Shown here: positions 36,121 to 47,600 of the stretch, in pieces
Layout of the letters: each line of letters starts with the position of its first letter
How positions within the stretch are numbered: position 1 is the first letter of the stretch
From: Zygnema circumcarinatum SAG 698-1b
Lineage: Eukaryota; Plantae; Zygnematophyceae
Direction of reading: 5' to 3'
Length of the DNA: 64,000 nucleotides
NCBI GenBank assembly: GCA_037447605.1
Contig: CM074810.1
Span: 62,001 to 126,000 of the forward strand
Position numbers and translations under genes: made by a program
Notes under the pieces: model-generated
What the model saw: the letters and a program-made list of their open reading frames with translations, nothing else
Database searches by the model: none
Told to the model about the DNA's origin: nothing

Positions 36121-37104
36121 CCTGCCGTCCCACCTGTCTCTCTCCGCTTCCGCAGTCCTGCACCGCTCCCCCCTCAGATCCACTGTCTTTCTACACTGAC
36201 TGCTCATGCGCGAGATCTTCCAGATTTGAACCAACTGCACAGTCTGCAGAACTATGCCTGGGAGAATTCAGAAGAGGGCCGTTGGAAGCATCTGCTACTG
36301 CGGAAGCAGAGGGGAGAAGGAGAGAGTGCTGGAGCTAGAGGGCGGCCATGGCGGCAGAGGATTGCGAGCCGTGGAGCCTGAGGCTGCCTTCGCGGCCCCC
36401 TCCCAGGTCGTGGGAGAACGGGCGGTCTGCGCGCGCCCCGGCAGCCATGGCCTCCCGCTCCGCTCGTGTCCCCCACTTGCCGGGGCAGCCAGAGCGGGAC
36501 TAGCCGCCAGAACGCGTATTCCGCAACCTGCTCGAGCAGTAAATTTCTGGTATCACAATATTTCCACCGAGTACGCCTTCGTGTTTCCGGCAGGCAGCGC
36601 CATTTTGAAAGTGGCAGTGGGACAGTTGAGTGGACCGGCGCGGCGCGGACGAACCAGATGTACGGACTGTACGAACCGTACGAATTCGTACAGTGAGGGC
36701 TTGGCCCTTCGGCCGGCGAGAGCTGTACGGATCCCCCGATGCGACGGCAGCGAATCGGCGGTGCAGATCGCGCGGGCAGACTTTTGGACGGTCGCGATCC
36801 GATCTGCGCCGCGCGGTGCGCTGCGGCGGGCGGGCGGGCGGGCGGCGGAGGGCGCCTCCCTCGGCGGACGCAGCGCGAAGGGGCGCCGCTCCGTGCTCGC
36901 AGTCGGCAGTCGTACCGTCAGAACGGCGCTGGTAAACTAACGACACATAGAACGGGGCGGCCGTTGGCAACGCTGCAACTTGACTGTCCACAACAGGCGA
37001 ACAAGCAACAGAGACTAGTTGCAACCATCGGTTGGCACACGTCGCCAACCATTGCAAATGGCCGCGGACCATTGGTCAACCAACCATTGGCAGAGCATAC
37101 AGTG

Positions 37105-37468
37105 ATGTTCACAGATCCATGGTTCGTAGTGTGGTGGCGGTACCTGCTGCCTGGGCCTCCGGGTGGCGATTGGCCAGGAAGACTTGCCTTTCTCCCCGGC
37201 ACGCTTCCTTCACCGGAGGAGGAGCACATCACGGGCGGAATCGCCAATCGTAACAAGAATAAAAGGGAAAATGGCATTGATCTCAGGATGGCGAGGCCAC
37301 CAAATGTACATGGACAAAAGCAACATAGGGAACCACGAGGAACTGGTCGCAAAGGACCTTACAACAAGAATACGTTGAGAATGGCTGTCCGCATGTGGCG
37401 ATATTCGACTGCCGACCAACGCCGTATTAACAGTCGAGATGGTCTTCATGTAAGTACGCCTCCATTGT

Positions 37469-37499
<31 letters not shown>

Positions 37500-37509
37500 N
37501 NNNNNNNNN

Positions 37510-37545
<36 letters not shown>

Positions 37546-37632
37546 AAATCTCAGGAAACAGCGAGATACCATGGCGCATGGCAGGTGCATGCAGTCAGCA
37601 CAAGTCTATTCACACACTTTATTCCACCATAA
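37105..37632 (+). other. Copy A of a dispersed repeat; possible two-exon orphan transcript (37105-37449, 37555-37632)
   Basis: Nucleotide similarity to the reverse complement of ~59484-59800. Strong donor CAT|GTAAGT at 37450, poly-T tract with a 10-N gap (37500-37509), acceptor TCTCAG at 37554; the spliced frame is open for 140 aa. No known domain recognised. Confidence 0.45.
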
Positions 37633-37700
37633 TAAATAGTTCTTGAAACATTTTCTCGGGCTTCGGCGCTTGATTACCGGTGCTTGTACTATTCTATTTT

Positions 37701-39133
37701 TTACGAGGGAGTTTCCGTGAGCAGCCTTTCCAGTTGTGCTAACGGCTCGGGTAAGTGCACCACTCCAAAGGCCACCAGTACAAGCCCGAGCCAAAGGGGA
37801 AACATTCCGAACAAAACCAGCAACCCAGCACCTGCATGTGAAACGCCCCACGCCTTGGTCAAAATTAAGGAAACGAAAGAGAGGGGGGTGGGGGGGAACA
37901 TTAATCGCCTATCAAGCATATGCATATAGCAAGATTAGTAACTACGCTAAGGGTGCAGGAAAAGGCGAGTCCAATGAAGTGAAGGGGACGTGAAAACCCA
38001 TAGGAATGAGAACAGTCTTTTCAACTATTGGAACGTACGGTCAACTATGCCGTGCTGGTGCTGCGGAGTATGCCCTCCTAAGCAATGCAACACCTCACTC
38101 CCTCATGACTCTCCCTCCTACTCCCTTCTCCGGGCATTTCCTCCCTCCCGTTCTTCCAACCACACCCCAGCTCTTTCCAATGGTAATCGCCCAATATGCA
38201 CAGGCGAGTGGGCCGAGTGACATACACAAGCAAACCTTACTCTCCAGCTCGACCTCGGTAACATTGGAGGCAGAAAAACAATTACTTGAGTGGTCATCGT
38301 TTTCAAGACGACCTACCATAATACTCCTCCTTTATTGTCGTCTTCTTCTCCAACCACTCCCCAGCACTCTGAAGCTTTTGCGCTATGGGAAGGTTGTCGA
38401 GTGCTGGAAAGCTGAAGTCCAACTGCGACTCGACCTCATCCAGCATCGACCATTCACTCCCATCTGCTTTCCTGGTCACTCCGTATCCCAGGCCGACAAA
38501 ACGAGCTCAGCCTGCTTCCGTGCATTCATCATACTCGTTCTCACGGACTGCATGAGCAAATTCCTGAAGCTAGACGAACCCAGTAAGGTGAATCTTCGTT
38601 CAGCCTGCCTAACTCGTCTTTCCTCTTTCACAACAGTCTCCGATCGTTTACTCAACTCCCCCCAACCGTCCTTCATGCCTGTTCTCCATCTGTTAATGAA
38701 TCTTCCTTTCTCTCCCGCACTCTCTCCATCGCCGTTTCCCTACACCTCCAATTCAAATCCTCCTTGAGACCTACCAAAATTTTCAGCTCTCGCCATACCT
38801 CGGCCGTTTCCCATCGTCCTCGCCTTTCTCGGCCATGTCCGCCTTTTTCTTGCTCTTGGCCGCGTCGCCTGCTGCATCAATTCCCAGCAGCTCGCGCTCC
38901 AGCTCCGTCAGACTCTTTCGCCGCCAAACGTCGTCCTCCGCATCCCTGCCCTTCGCCTGCACCCTCACCCTCCCTCTCTCCGCCATAGCTGCCCCGCTCC
39001 TCCTTTCAGGCGCAGCCTGACGAACCGCAAGCCTCGCAGCCCTGCTCGTATTCTCAAGGCTCCCGGAAGCCCGGAGTCCTCCGCCGCCATCCGCGCCTCT
39101 GCAGAGGGAAAGCGCGCCCCCGGCCATGGCCAT
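37701..39133 (-). CDS. Conserved plastid-targeted membrane protein of unknown function, ~206 aa
   Basis: Exons 39133-38799, 38471-38317, 37831-37701 (621 nt, phases 2 and 1). Ala/Arg/Ser-rich transit-peptide-like N-terminus. The C-terminus KLQSAGEWLEKKT...GAGLLVLFGMFPLWLGLVLVAFGVVHLP resembles, from memory, the AGEWL...LPIW..LLVA.GVIKLP tail of Arabidopsis At1g50020-type proteins. Confidence 0.72.
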
Positions 39134-39218
39134 GGCCCCTTAGCGCCAGCAACTCCCTCCTGCCCTCGCCTGTTCCTCCCTAGAGTCTTCAGGGTTTCTA
39201 GGGCACGTACGCCGGAGG

Positions 39219-39254
39219 CCATGCCCATGCCATGCCATGCCATGCCATGCCATG
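39219..39254 (+). repeat. (CCATG)n pentamer array in the divergent promoter of the plastid protein gene and the Mpv17 gene
   Basis: About 7 units. Confidence 0.85.
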
Positions 39255-40338
39255 GCTGTGTCAGCCCTAAGTCCCTAACCCTAATCTTGTCCGACGGTCC
39301 CGTACAGTACCTGTTGACCCGTACTGTAATGTACAACACTTTGTCCGTATGCGTTTACGGATTGGAAATCCATGGAAACGGGCAAACCCGCGAGTTGGAC
39401 GGTATATCGATATCGACTGACCAGTTAAAATACGATACGGCTGCCGGCGGCCCTGCGATCGATCCGTCCTGGACCCTCTCGCAGCGACCAGGAGGGAGGC
39501 GGCCGGGCCGACTGCTGCCCAGCACCAATCTGTACGGGACCGTCGGCTGTGCTTGTGGGAGCGCTACCAGTGGGGGAGGGGAGGAGGGGGTCTGCGGAGC
39601 CATGGCGGCGGACGTGCGATCCCTGCAGCCGGCTGTGGCAGGCGCTGCTCGCTGCTGGCGCCGCTCCCGTCCACTTGCTTGCCGGCTTTTTTGGTGAGAT
39701 GCCGCTTGCTTCGTCTTCAGAGGAATGGCAGCGTTTACGTTTGCATATAGTTTTACCCATTTTAGTGGACGAGGATATCTTTCATCCTCTTCTTCTCTCC
39801 CTTGTGTACCTTGTCTCTACTCGCTCCTTCCTTTATCGTTTCTCCTAAGGTAATCATTCCTAGGCCTCCCGGCCAATTTATTCATGTAGTTTTCTGTTAG
39901 TATAGGGCGTCTTCTTCTTCTTTCTGGCAGACAAAGCAAATTGAGGGGGGCTGCAGACCTTTTCTCAAAGGTCTCTCTGTTGGCCCTTTTTACTGCGGAG
40001 GTTTTCTCTGCAGTCCTCGGCTTTTCTGCCAAATATGAATCACGTGGCATCATAGTACAGCACGAAACTTTTCTCCTCGTTGCTGTCTCCAACACCCACA
40101 ACATCTATCACCTTCATAAAGGATCATTTGTCGTCTAATTATTGCTTCCCAGTGCTGTAATGCACAGCTATGGGGGAATGTGCTGCGAAAGTCGGTGACT
40201 AAGCTTGTCTGGTCGTCGCTTGTTACGACTTTCCTAGTTTTTGAAAATGTTTCTGTTTCATGTTGCGATTCAGGTGATCACGTCCTTCCAGGAAATTTCT
40301 GAAGGTCGTCACCGTAATTTGCCGCGTTCCATGTGGCA

Positions 40339-41510
40339 ATGCCGCTATTCTCAGGGCCTCTCCTCCCCCCTGCTTTTCGAGGCCCTTCTCACCTGCTCGG
40401 CAAGCTCCAGTCATGGCGACGAATAAGGAGGGCCGCTTCCATTGGAAGTCCTTTCCTTGTTCCTCTTTCGCTGTGGCCTCTTCGAGCCTCCCTCACATCT
40501 GCAACGCTGCTTACTCTGAGTGACGCTGCAGCGCAGCGAATTGAAGGGTGGCAGAGACGCAGGAAGGTTCGATCCACTCATTCGTGTCATTCGCCAGAGG
40601 GAGATCCTTGTTCTTCTGACGAAGGAAAGGAAGAAAAAACTAATCAAGATACTCGGGCTTTTCCAGAAATTGAATCCTTTTCAAATAATCAGTGTGATAA
40701 AGCTCAGCGTTCTCCTGTGTCTCAATTAACCGCTGAAAAGAGTAGCCACCTCCTCGCCGATGAACCAGGACCTCTCTGTGAACCTCAGCAATTCGAGAAT
40801 CCTCTCAGCGGAGCACATGATGTCAGAAGGACAGCTAGGATGGCTGCATATGGTTTCGTTGTGTATGGCCCCGTTTTACAGTTGTGGTTCCAGCGGCTCG
40901 ACCACCTTTTTCCAATAAGGAATGCGCAGACGAGCGTTTACAAAGTGGCCATGTCGCAGTCGCTCCTCAACCCTGCACTGCTCGCATTCGTATTTGCGTA
41001 CAACTACACTCTGATGGGACGTACACAAGAGCTCCCAGGTGGGCAGTGATGATCGGATGAATCTTTTGGTGGACTTTTCTACTACCAATGTCACTCACTA
41101 CCCAGAAGATTGTTTCTTTTGCTATGTTCCGTTCTGTTCTGTCATCCTGTTCTCCAAAGGTGTTTCAATTAGGGCAAGAAATGGACGGCGTACAGATGCC
41201 AAGCTGCACTTGGACGGGGCTTCCCCTGATGAACCGAAGCATGTTCTTTTGTCAGCCCATGGTTCAGTGCCGCATGATCTTCTTTACCAAAGTGTGGAGG
41301 ATAGGCATGCATGTGCTGAAGTGGTCGGCTGCTGCGTGTGCAGAGAAGTACCGGCGGGACCTGCTCCCGACCATGCAGAGAGGGTGGACCTTTTGGATCC
41401 CCGCGAGCTTCACCAACTTCGCCCTCGTCCCTCTCCGCCACCGCGTGCTGTTCTCCTCCGCCTGCTCGCTGCTCTGGAACTGCCACGTGTCCATGGCAAG
41501 CGCCAAATGA
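40339..41510 (+). CDS. Mpv17/PMP22 family membrane protein, ~288 aa, divergent
   Basis: Exons 40339-41038 and 41344-41510, phase 1. Motifs LTSATL..LSDAAAQ, HDVRRTARMAAYG..YGP....WF..LDHLFP, KVAMSQ..LNP, RDLLPTMQRGWTFWIPASFTNFALVP. The true 5' end is uncertain. Confidence 0.82.
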
Positions 41511-42410
41511 ACAGGCGGAGGGTCCCATGTGACTGGCAGCGCTCATGGCTGCTCTCGGGTGGAGCCACGCCAAAAATAAATCTTGCAGAGTGCCTTCTGA
41601 TAGACGAGTACATTGAAATTAGGGCGTAGTCGATTCATTCCTTGTATTGTAAATATATCTGTAAATAGATCATTTGATATTTGAAGTTATTCAATGTGAG
41701 GACTTTGCCGTCTCTCGATTGTCCCACTTGAATCTGTTTGTGAACACTGCGGAGAAATAAACACCCATTTCTTGGAGCAAGCATCACTTCGGCAAGAGGG
41801 GTTCTGCCAGTAGCGTCTCCTACGTTAGAAACTAATTCTAAATTGAAAGCTGAACTGCCATGGATCTCACGATGAATTCGACGCCTCATACAATTGTCTC
41901 TTCCAAGTACAGCCGCCAAAGCGACCCCAACATTGGTAATTCACAACCTCCTAGGGCCGAACAATGTTCATGCACGTTCTCGACTCATGGACACCCCCCA
42001 GTTCACAAAAATCCGTCCAACAACGGAACCCGAAATCCGTTCCACGAGCCGTTAAAATGCTCACAGCCATCCCCTTGTCACGTCACGCCGAATCCCATCT
42101 CCGAGTGTCTCCCCTCCCCGCGATCCACCGCACGTGCGAGGTGCGGCCCAGCGTGGGCCCATCGGACGGCGGAGGAGGGCGCATCCATCGCCTCGCGGCA
42201 ATCCCGGCGGCGCTGCGATTGGCTGCGGGCGCCCCCCCCCCCGCGGCGCGGCTTAGCGCCTTATCCATCCGCGCGAGGGCGCCGGTTGCAGAGGACTTTT
42301 ACGCGCCCCGCCCGCTGCCACTGCGCTCCCTCCCTCTCTCTCTCTCTTCCTCTCTCTCCCTCCTGCCTCTCTCCTCCCTCTCTGCAGCAGCAGCAGCACA
42401 CAGAATCGCA

Positions 42411-43180
42411 ATGGCCGCAGTCACCGCCGCCATGTCCCTGTCCGCGTCCGCCCTCGCGGCGCCTGCTTGCCGCATCGGCGAGAAGAGCAGCATCTCCGGC
42501 GCGAGGCTCTCCCTGGCCGTGCCCGCCCGCTGCAGAGTGGTCATGAGGTGCGCGCTCGCTTCAACCTTATGGTAGCTGGAATCTGGGCGAGGGCGGAGTA
42601 GGGAGGCCTGGGTACTACCTTGGGTGGATTTGTAGCAGGAAAAGTAGCTTTAGATCCTTGCCAAGGCAGCTCGCAGCATAGCTACAAAACCACCGAACCG
42701 CCTCCCCTGCTCGCTGCTCATTTTTTGCTCGTAAGCAACAGGTCGAGTGCGCCAGGCGTGCGCTCCTAGAGCTCCTCAGGAACGATGCTCGTACCTACAT
42801 CGTCGCAGTCCTCGCAATCTTAGCAGCTGAGCAGGGCAGGGGATCTGCGTGCTTCTTGAGTGGAGTCTATGTGTCCAGTGTGCTTGCCCTGTGTGTGCCA
42901 GAAAGCAGCAGCAGCAGATGTGGGGGATTGTCTGACTGGCGTGTAAGGGGGGTGGGTTTGTGGGTGCAGCGCGGAGAAGAAAGAGAACCTCGCCCTGCCC
43001 ACGACGATCGCCCTGGTGGCGGCGGCGGTGTTGCCCGAGATCGCAGAGGCCGCGTCGCCGGGCGTGTCCCCGTCGCTGAAGAACCTCCTCCTGTCAGTGG
43101 TTGCGGGCGGCGTGGTGCTCAGCGCCATCGGCGTGGCGGTCGCGGGCGTGTCCGTCTTCGACCCCGTGAAGAGGAAGTGA
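42411..43180 (+). CDS. PSBX: Photosystem II subunit PsbX precursor (nuclear-encoded), 115 aa
   Basis: Exons 42411-42547 and 42970-43180, phase 2. Bipartite transit peptide ending AEA; mature part [20 protein letters not shown]...[10 protein letters not shown]. Confidence 0.95.
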
Positions 43181-44642
43181 GCGCGCTGCTCCGTGCAGAG
43201 GCCCATTCTTTGTAAATTGCTTAGCCCTCTCAGCCCGACCTAAAGCTCAGCGCAGCTGCGGCATGCTCCACGCGTCTGCCTCGTTTGGCGCAAATAGAAT
43301 GATCAACGTGTCTTAGGTAGTCAATTTTGCAAAGATGCTAAGGAGGTGGCGTGGACTGTGTGGCTTAGTCAACCGGTTTCCTATTAAGTCCTTATCGAGT
43401 ATCAATTACATCAAAAAGCTTTCCCTTTGCCAAATCACTTTCCGTGCACTTTTCGTGATGTCTCTCCTCCTTTCTCTGCTTCGTCTGCTGCTCTTGGGGC
43501 GGATGCTTAGCTGCAACTAGCCGCACTGTGACGGATGTGATCACCTTGTCGGCCTGGATGTTTACCTGTGGGTCTACGCGATGTTCTGAACCCATGCTCG
43601 TATTTGAGGGTATGTTTTGTTCCGTTGGAAGGCCATGAGTGCTCTTGGACTCCCGGCTCTATTTTGTGAATGTGGTGGGATTCCAATTTCGTGAAAATGC
43701 TTCTCCAACAGCTGGGCATCTTCTGGCCTGTGTCTGTTATCATGCGAGGGAACTGTGCTGTTAAAAATGAATAAAGGATACGTGAGAGCTTGGGAATTCA
43801 ATTGAAAATCTTTCAACAGAATGTCGACAGAAGAATTCAGGTATATACCCAACAGTGAGTACGTATCTGAATATCAGAAAGTTGGATGTCTCAACTCCTG
43901 CAAGCATTAATCTGGAGTACGAGAAAAGAATCTGACAACTGTCCTGAAATTGCGCCATGCAAGCGCTCGTCACTCTGCATAACACACTCAGTCAGCATGC
44001 TTTGAACATGCGAGACAGCAAATTTCCGGATGGCGTAAGTGTTCTGGCTAAGGCGTGAGCATGACACGTCACATTTCCCTCTCAGGAAGGATCTTGGATT
44101 GTGAAATATCTTACTTACATTAACCCATCTCAGTCATGTGCCTCCGCTGTTATTGCTCTGAAAGGGCCGACTCCGCCAGTCGTAAAATAGTCCACTTATC
44201 ATCTCTATTCCTGGGCATCCGGCGCTTCCAGGTTTGATTCAGAAAATCAAACTGCTCGTAGGGCCATCCGCTCTTGAGCAATATGTCACACTCTAAGCAG
44301 ACAGGGAGTAGATGTTCCCAAACCCAAGAACAAAGTATAGCCACTCCGCTGTGTCCATTATTGGCCCAACACCCAGAACGCATCACATGACAATTTACCA
44401 TCGTTCCTTAGAGAAACGGTCATGCCCTCATCACTCGAGCAAGTGTCAGTGCGGCTCATCTGCCATACCATGTCCTACTAGTCGACCGACCGACCAAACC
44501 CTTTCCGCCTATGGCAGTGCCCACACACGAGGAGCACCCCTTCTTGAGAGAACACGTGTGCGATCGAGCAGCCTCCTCCCTGCTATGAATACCACCCCTT
44601 AACGCCTTGCCTGCACTGCAGACTAGACTGCCCCCTAAGCCC

Positions 44643-47600
44643 TCACTCGGGTGTGCTTGACTGAATATCGTACCCTAAGTAGTCAGCAATCACTCTTGAG
44701 GCGAGCCTGGAAGCGCTAATACCCTCCTCCTTGGCAGCGCCCTGCAGCCTGTCCGCCAGCAGCCTGTCCACCACAAGGCGAGGAAGGGCAGGGCGGCGAG
44801 GGCTTGCAGCCTTCGCAAAGGCCTGACGGGGGGTCTTGTAAGAGGAAGTGAACTCTCGGAGGGCGTCAAACCCCTGTACACACATCGAACATCAAATTCT
44901 CCTTTAAAACCTAAGCTGCGGCCTTCCGATAAAGCTTGGGTGTCATGGGCAAAATGAAAAGAAAGAAGGCGATCAATAAATTGGTGCCAGGTTTGCTTTC
45001 TAGAACGGCATTCTGAGCTCAGACTCATGTCAGTTAGATTGAAGAACACTTCTCCCCTGCTGCAGATTCCCTCAAAGGAGTGGGTCATGACGTACCACAC
45101 GAGTCGCAAAGTCTCCGAAGCTTTCGCCCTTGGAGCGTTGCAATCTCCACATGCAAAAGAGGGGTTCCAGTGTTGTCTCCATATCCTGAATCTTCATCTT
45201 TTCCATATACACTTCAGCCAGACGGGTCTGGTTTGCAGAGCCTCCTATCCACAACTGCCACAAACCAGCAAAGTATCGAGCAAAAATACAAGATTGAGTA
45301 CAAAAGTTGGAAACTTTCTGGATGCAATGATAGACTATGGAGTTTCGCGCAATAAGCTGTCAGCAACTTGCCGCCTGCAAATTCTTCGAGGTACTTTGGA
45401 CACAGAATTTAGCGCTTTATGTGCAGATGAGAAATCTCAACAGCCACCACTGAAGTGACTGTCCACGGAGCCCCATTCCGTGGACCTGCTGCAGTTTGCA
45501 TTTACAGTCAAGCACCGTGGCGATTGCCCAGAGTATATTTCTCTACTCATGTAACAGACCCCGATAAGTATCATTAGAATTCACTAGAGGCAGTATTGTA
45601 CCTGATAGCTGTTCGCACCATCGCCAACAAAGCCAAGCTCTGCCATGTATGGACGCGCGCAGCCATTTGGGCATCCTGTCATTCTCACAACAATTGTTTC
45701 TGAAGACTTCCGAAGTCCCACCTGCAGGGTAACCAGCCAGTCCAGTCAATCACTATTGATCAGTCACACAGTGAGGCAGATACACTTGTTATTTACTGGA
45801 TGAATTGCAAAAACAGTCACATGTACACCCAAAGCCATCTTCTTTCCTACGTGCATTAGCTGCTTCTCGAAAATCTCAATAGCACAGCTTCAGGGCAGAA
45901 ATGCCAAAGTTGAACGACGCACTCGTTGTAATGTTACGATCAACAAAAAAGAATGCCGGTATGACTTTAGTGAAGAACTCTACATTGCCAAATTAAACTA
46001 TCGGTTCAAGAGACAGAGGAGTGGAAAAATGGAATGTATGTTCACCTTCTCCATGACTCCCCGAATGCGCTTCAGCACATTGGGCATAGTCCTTTCTGCC
46101 TCCGTGATTGCGAGTCCACAGAGCGGCAGAGCAGGACAAGCCATGCCGGTGATGTTCAGAGGGTCGACATACTGTGCCCCCTGTCAATAAGACAAAGAGG
46201 GAGCCAAGAAAAGGAAAACACATTACGCTTCCTGCTAAACAGTTATCTACTCGGGTATGAAACACGACACAGAGTATACATTGCTCTGCTCAATAAACAG
46301 CAAGAAAAACAACTTCAAAGTCCCACTTTCAACAGACTAACAAGATAAGAAATTCTGGGAATGCAAAAATTCGGTGACCTTCTCATGTGATGTACACAAA
46401 ACACGTGCTTCTAGGTGTAGTTCATTCTGGCTTAGTAAAGAAAACCGCTAGTCAACGCATCTGGGCCGAAATGCCCTTTAACCTTATGCATCATTTCCTT
46501 TTTTCAAACCAGCCAATCCGTCCCACCTCCCTCCCCCCTGGTGAAAATTAGCTATATTTTCTCAGAAAATGAAAGGGAGCAGCGGGAAAGATGTGGCTGG
46601 AAGCGCACGGGTAAACGAGATCCCACCAAAATGCCGACAGGAGCAAGGGTCTTCGTGATCCGAGACCGCCACGCACGTCTAATGTCGCAAAGAACTAAAT
46701 TCTGGTTAGCTGAAATCCTGACCGGAAGGTTGTACTTCTCAATGACCTCTCTCAACGCCTTCTTCACATCCCCCTTAATCCGACCATTGTCTATATGCAA
46801 CCCATAAAACAACTTCCCATCACCCTGTTCGCCCCATCCCACATACGGCTTAAACTCCCAAGGGGGCAGCTCCTTGAATTCCTCAAACTTCTTCCCGTAA
46901 TACTCTTCCGTCACCGTGCGAAACTTTTCGAGGCCCCATTCATGGATGAGGTACTTCATGCGAGCCTGCTCATAGAACGAGCCAAAGAAGCAAGAAAAGT
47001 ACAAGGCCAACACCCAAGAAGGGGAAGGGAGGAAAGACAAAAATTCAATGAGTGACAAACAAGAAAGAAAGTCACAGGCCCTGAACTCAAATTCTGAATG
47101 CGAAAACGACCAGCGAATCAACTCCTATTCGGTCCTTCGCACAACGCTTGAAGATGCAAACAAAAACCAAATCGATAGATAGATCCTTGTCCTTGCAATT
47201 CAACTGTGTCCAGTTCTCCGCTACGCAACCGCTTGACGCCCAACAGTCTTCCTACTTCCTCCTCCATTGGTTTGACTCCACTGCCTTGAAGTCAATGACA
47301 ATCAGTGAGCTGTTGTGGCCCTCTAGTATATTTGTAAACTGCGTCCTTACAAATTCGCCTAACTGCTCAGTTGTAATGATGCAAAAAAAAAAATCAATTG
47401 CACCCCTTCCCCCTCCCTCCTCTCCCCTTCCCCCTTCCCCCCATCCCCTCTCATCTCCGCTTCCTGCTACCGCTTCTGCAAGTCCAAGCCATTAGGAGCA
47501 GCAAAGCTCACCTGCCTACGGTCATCGCGACGACCATAGTCGCGCTGCGTGGCCACAATGGCCTTTACAGCATAAAGAATATCATCCTTGGGTACATATC

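Noticed and set aside
37470-37543. Long poly-T (poly-A on the minus strand) as a retroposon tail of the minus-strand gene
   Set aside because: That gene retains introns and no TSD is seen. The tract sits between a GTAAGT donor and a CAG acceptor on the plus strand, so it fits a polypyrimidine tract better. It also contains an assembly gap.
38476-38689. Apparent in-frame TGA (38509-38507) or frameshift in the plastid protein gene, suggesting selenocysteine or a pseudogene
   Set aside because: An acceptor at GACCAG|G (exon start 38471) joins exon 1 in phase and removes the whole region as intron. No SECIS-like element is visible in the 3' UTR.
44150-44401. 83-aa minus-strand ORF with GVAILCSWVWEHL, faintly like a plant mobile domain motif
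   Set aside because: Single short motif with no supporting flanking exons or TE structure, located in the SiR 3' region. An HMM search against PF10536 would settle it.
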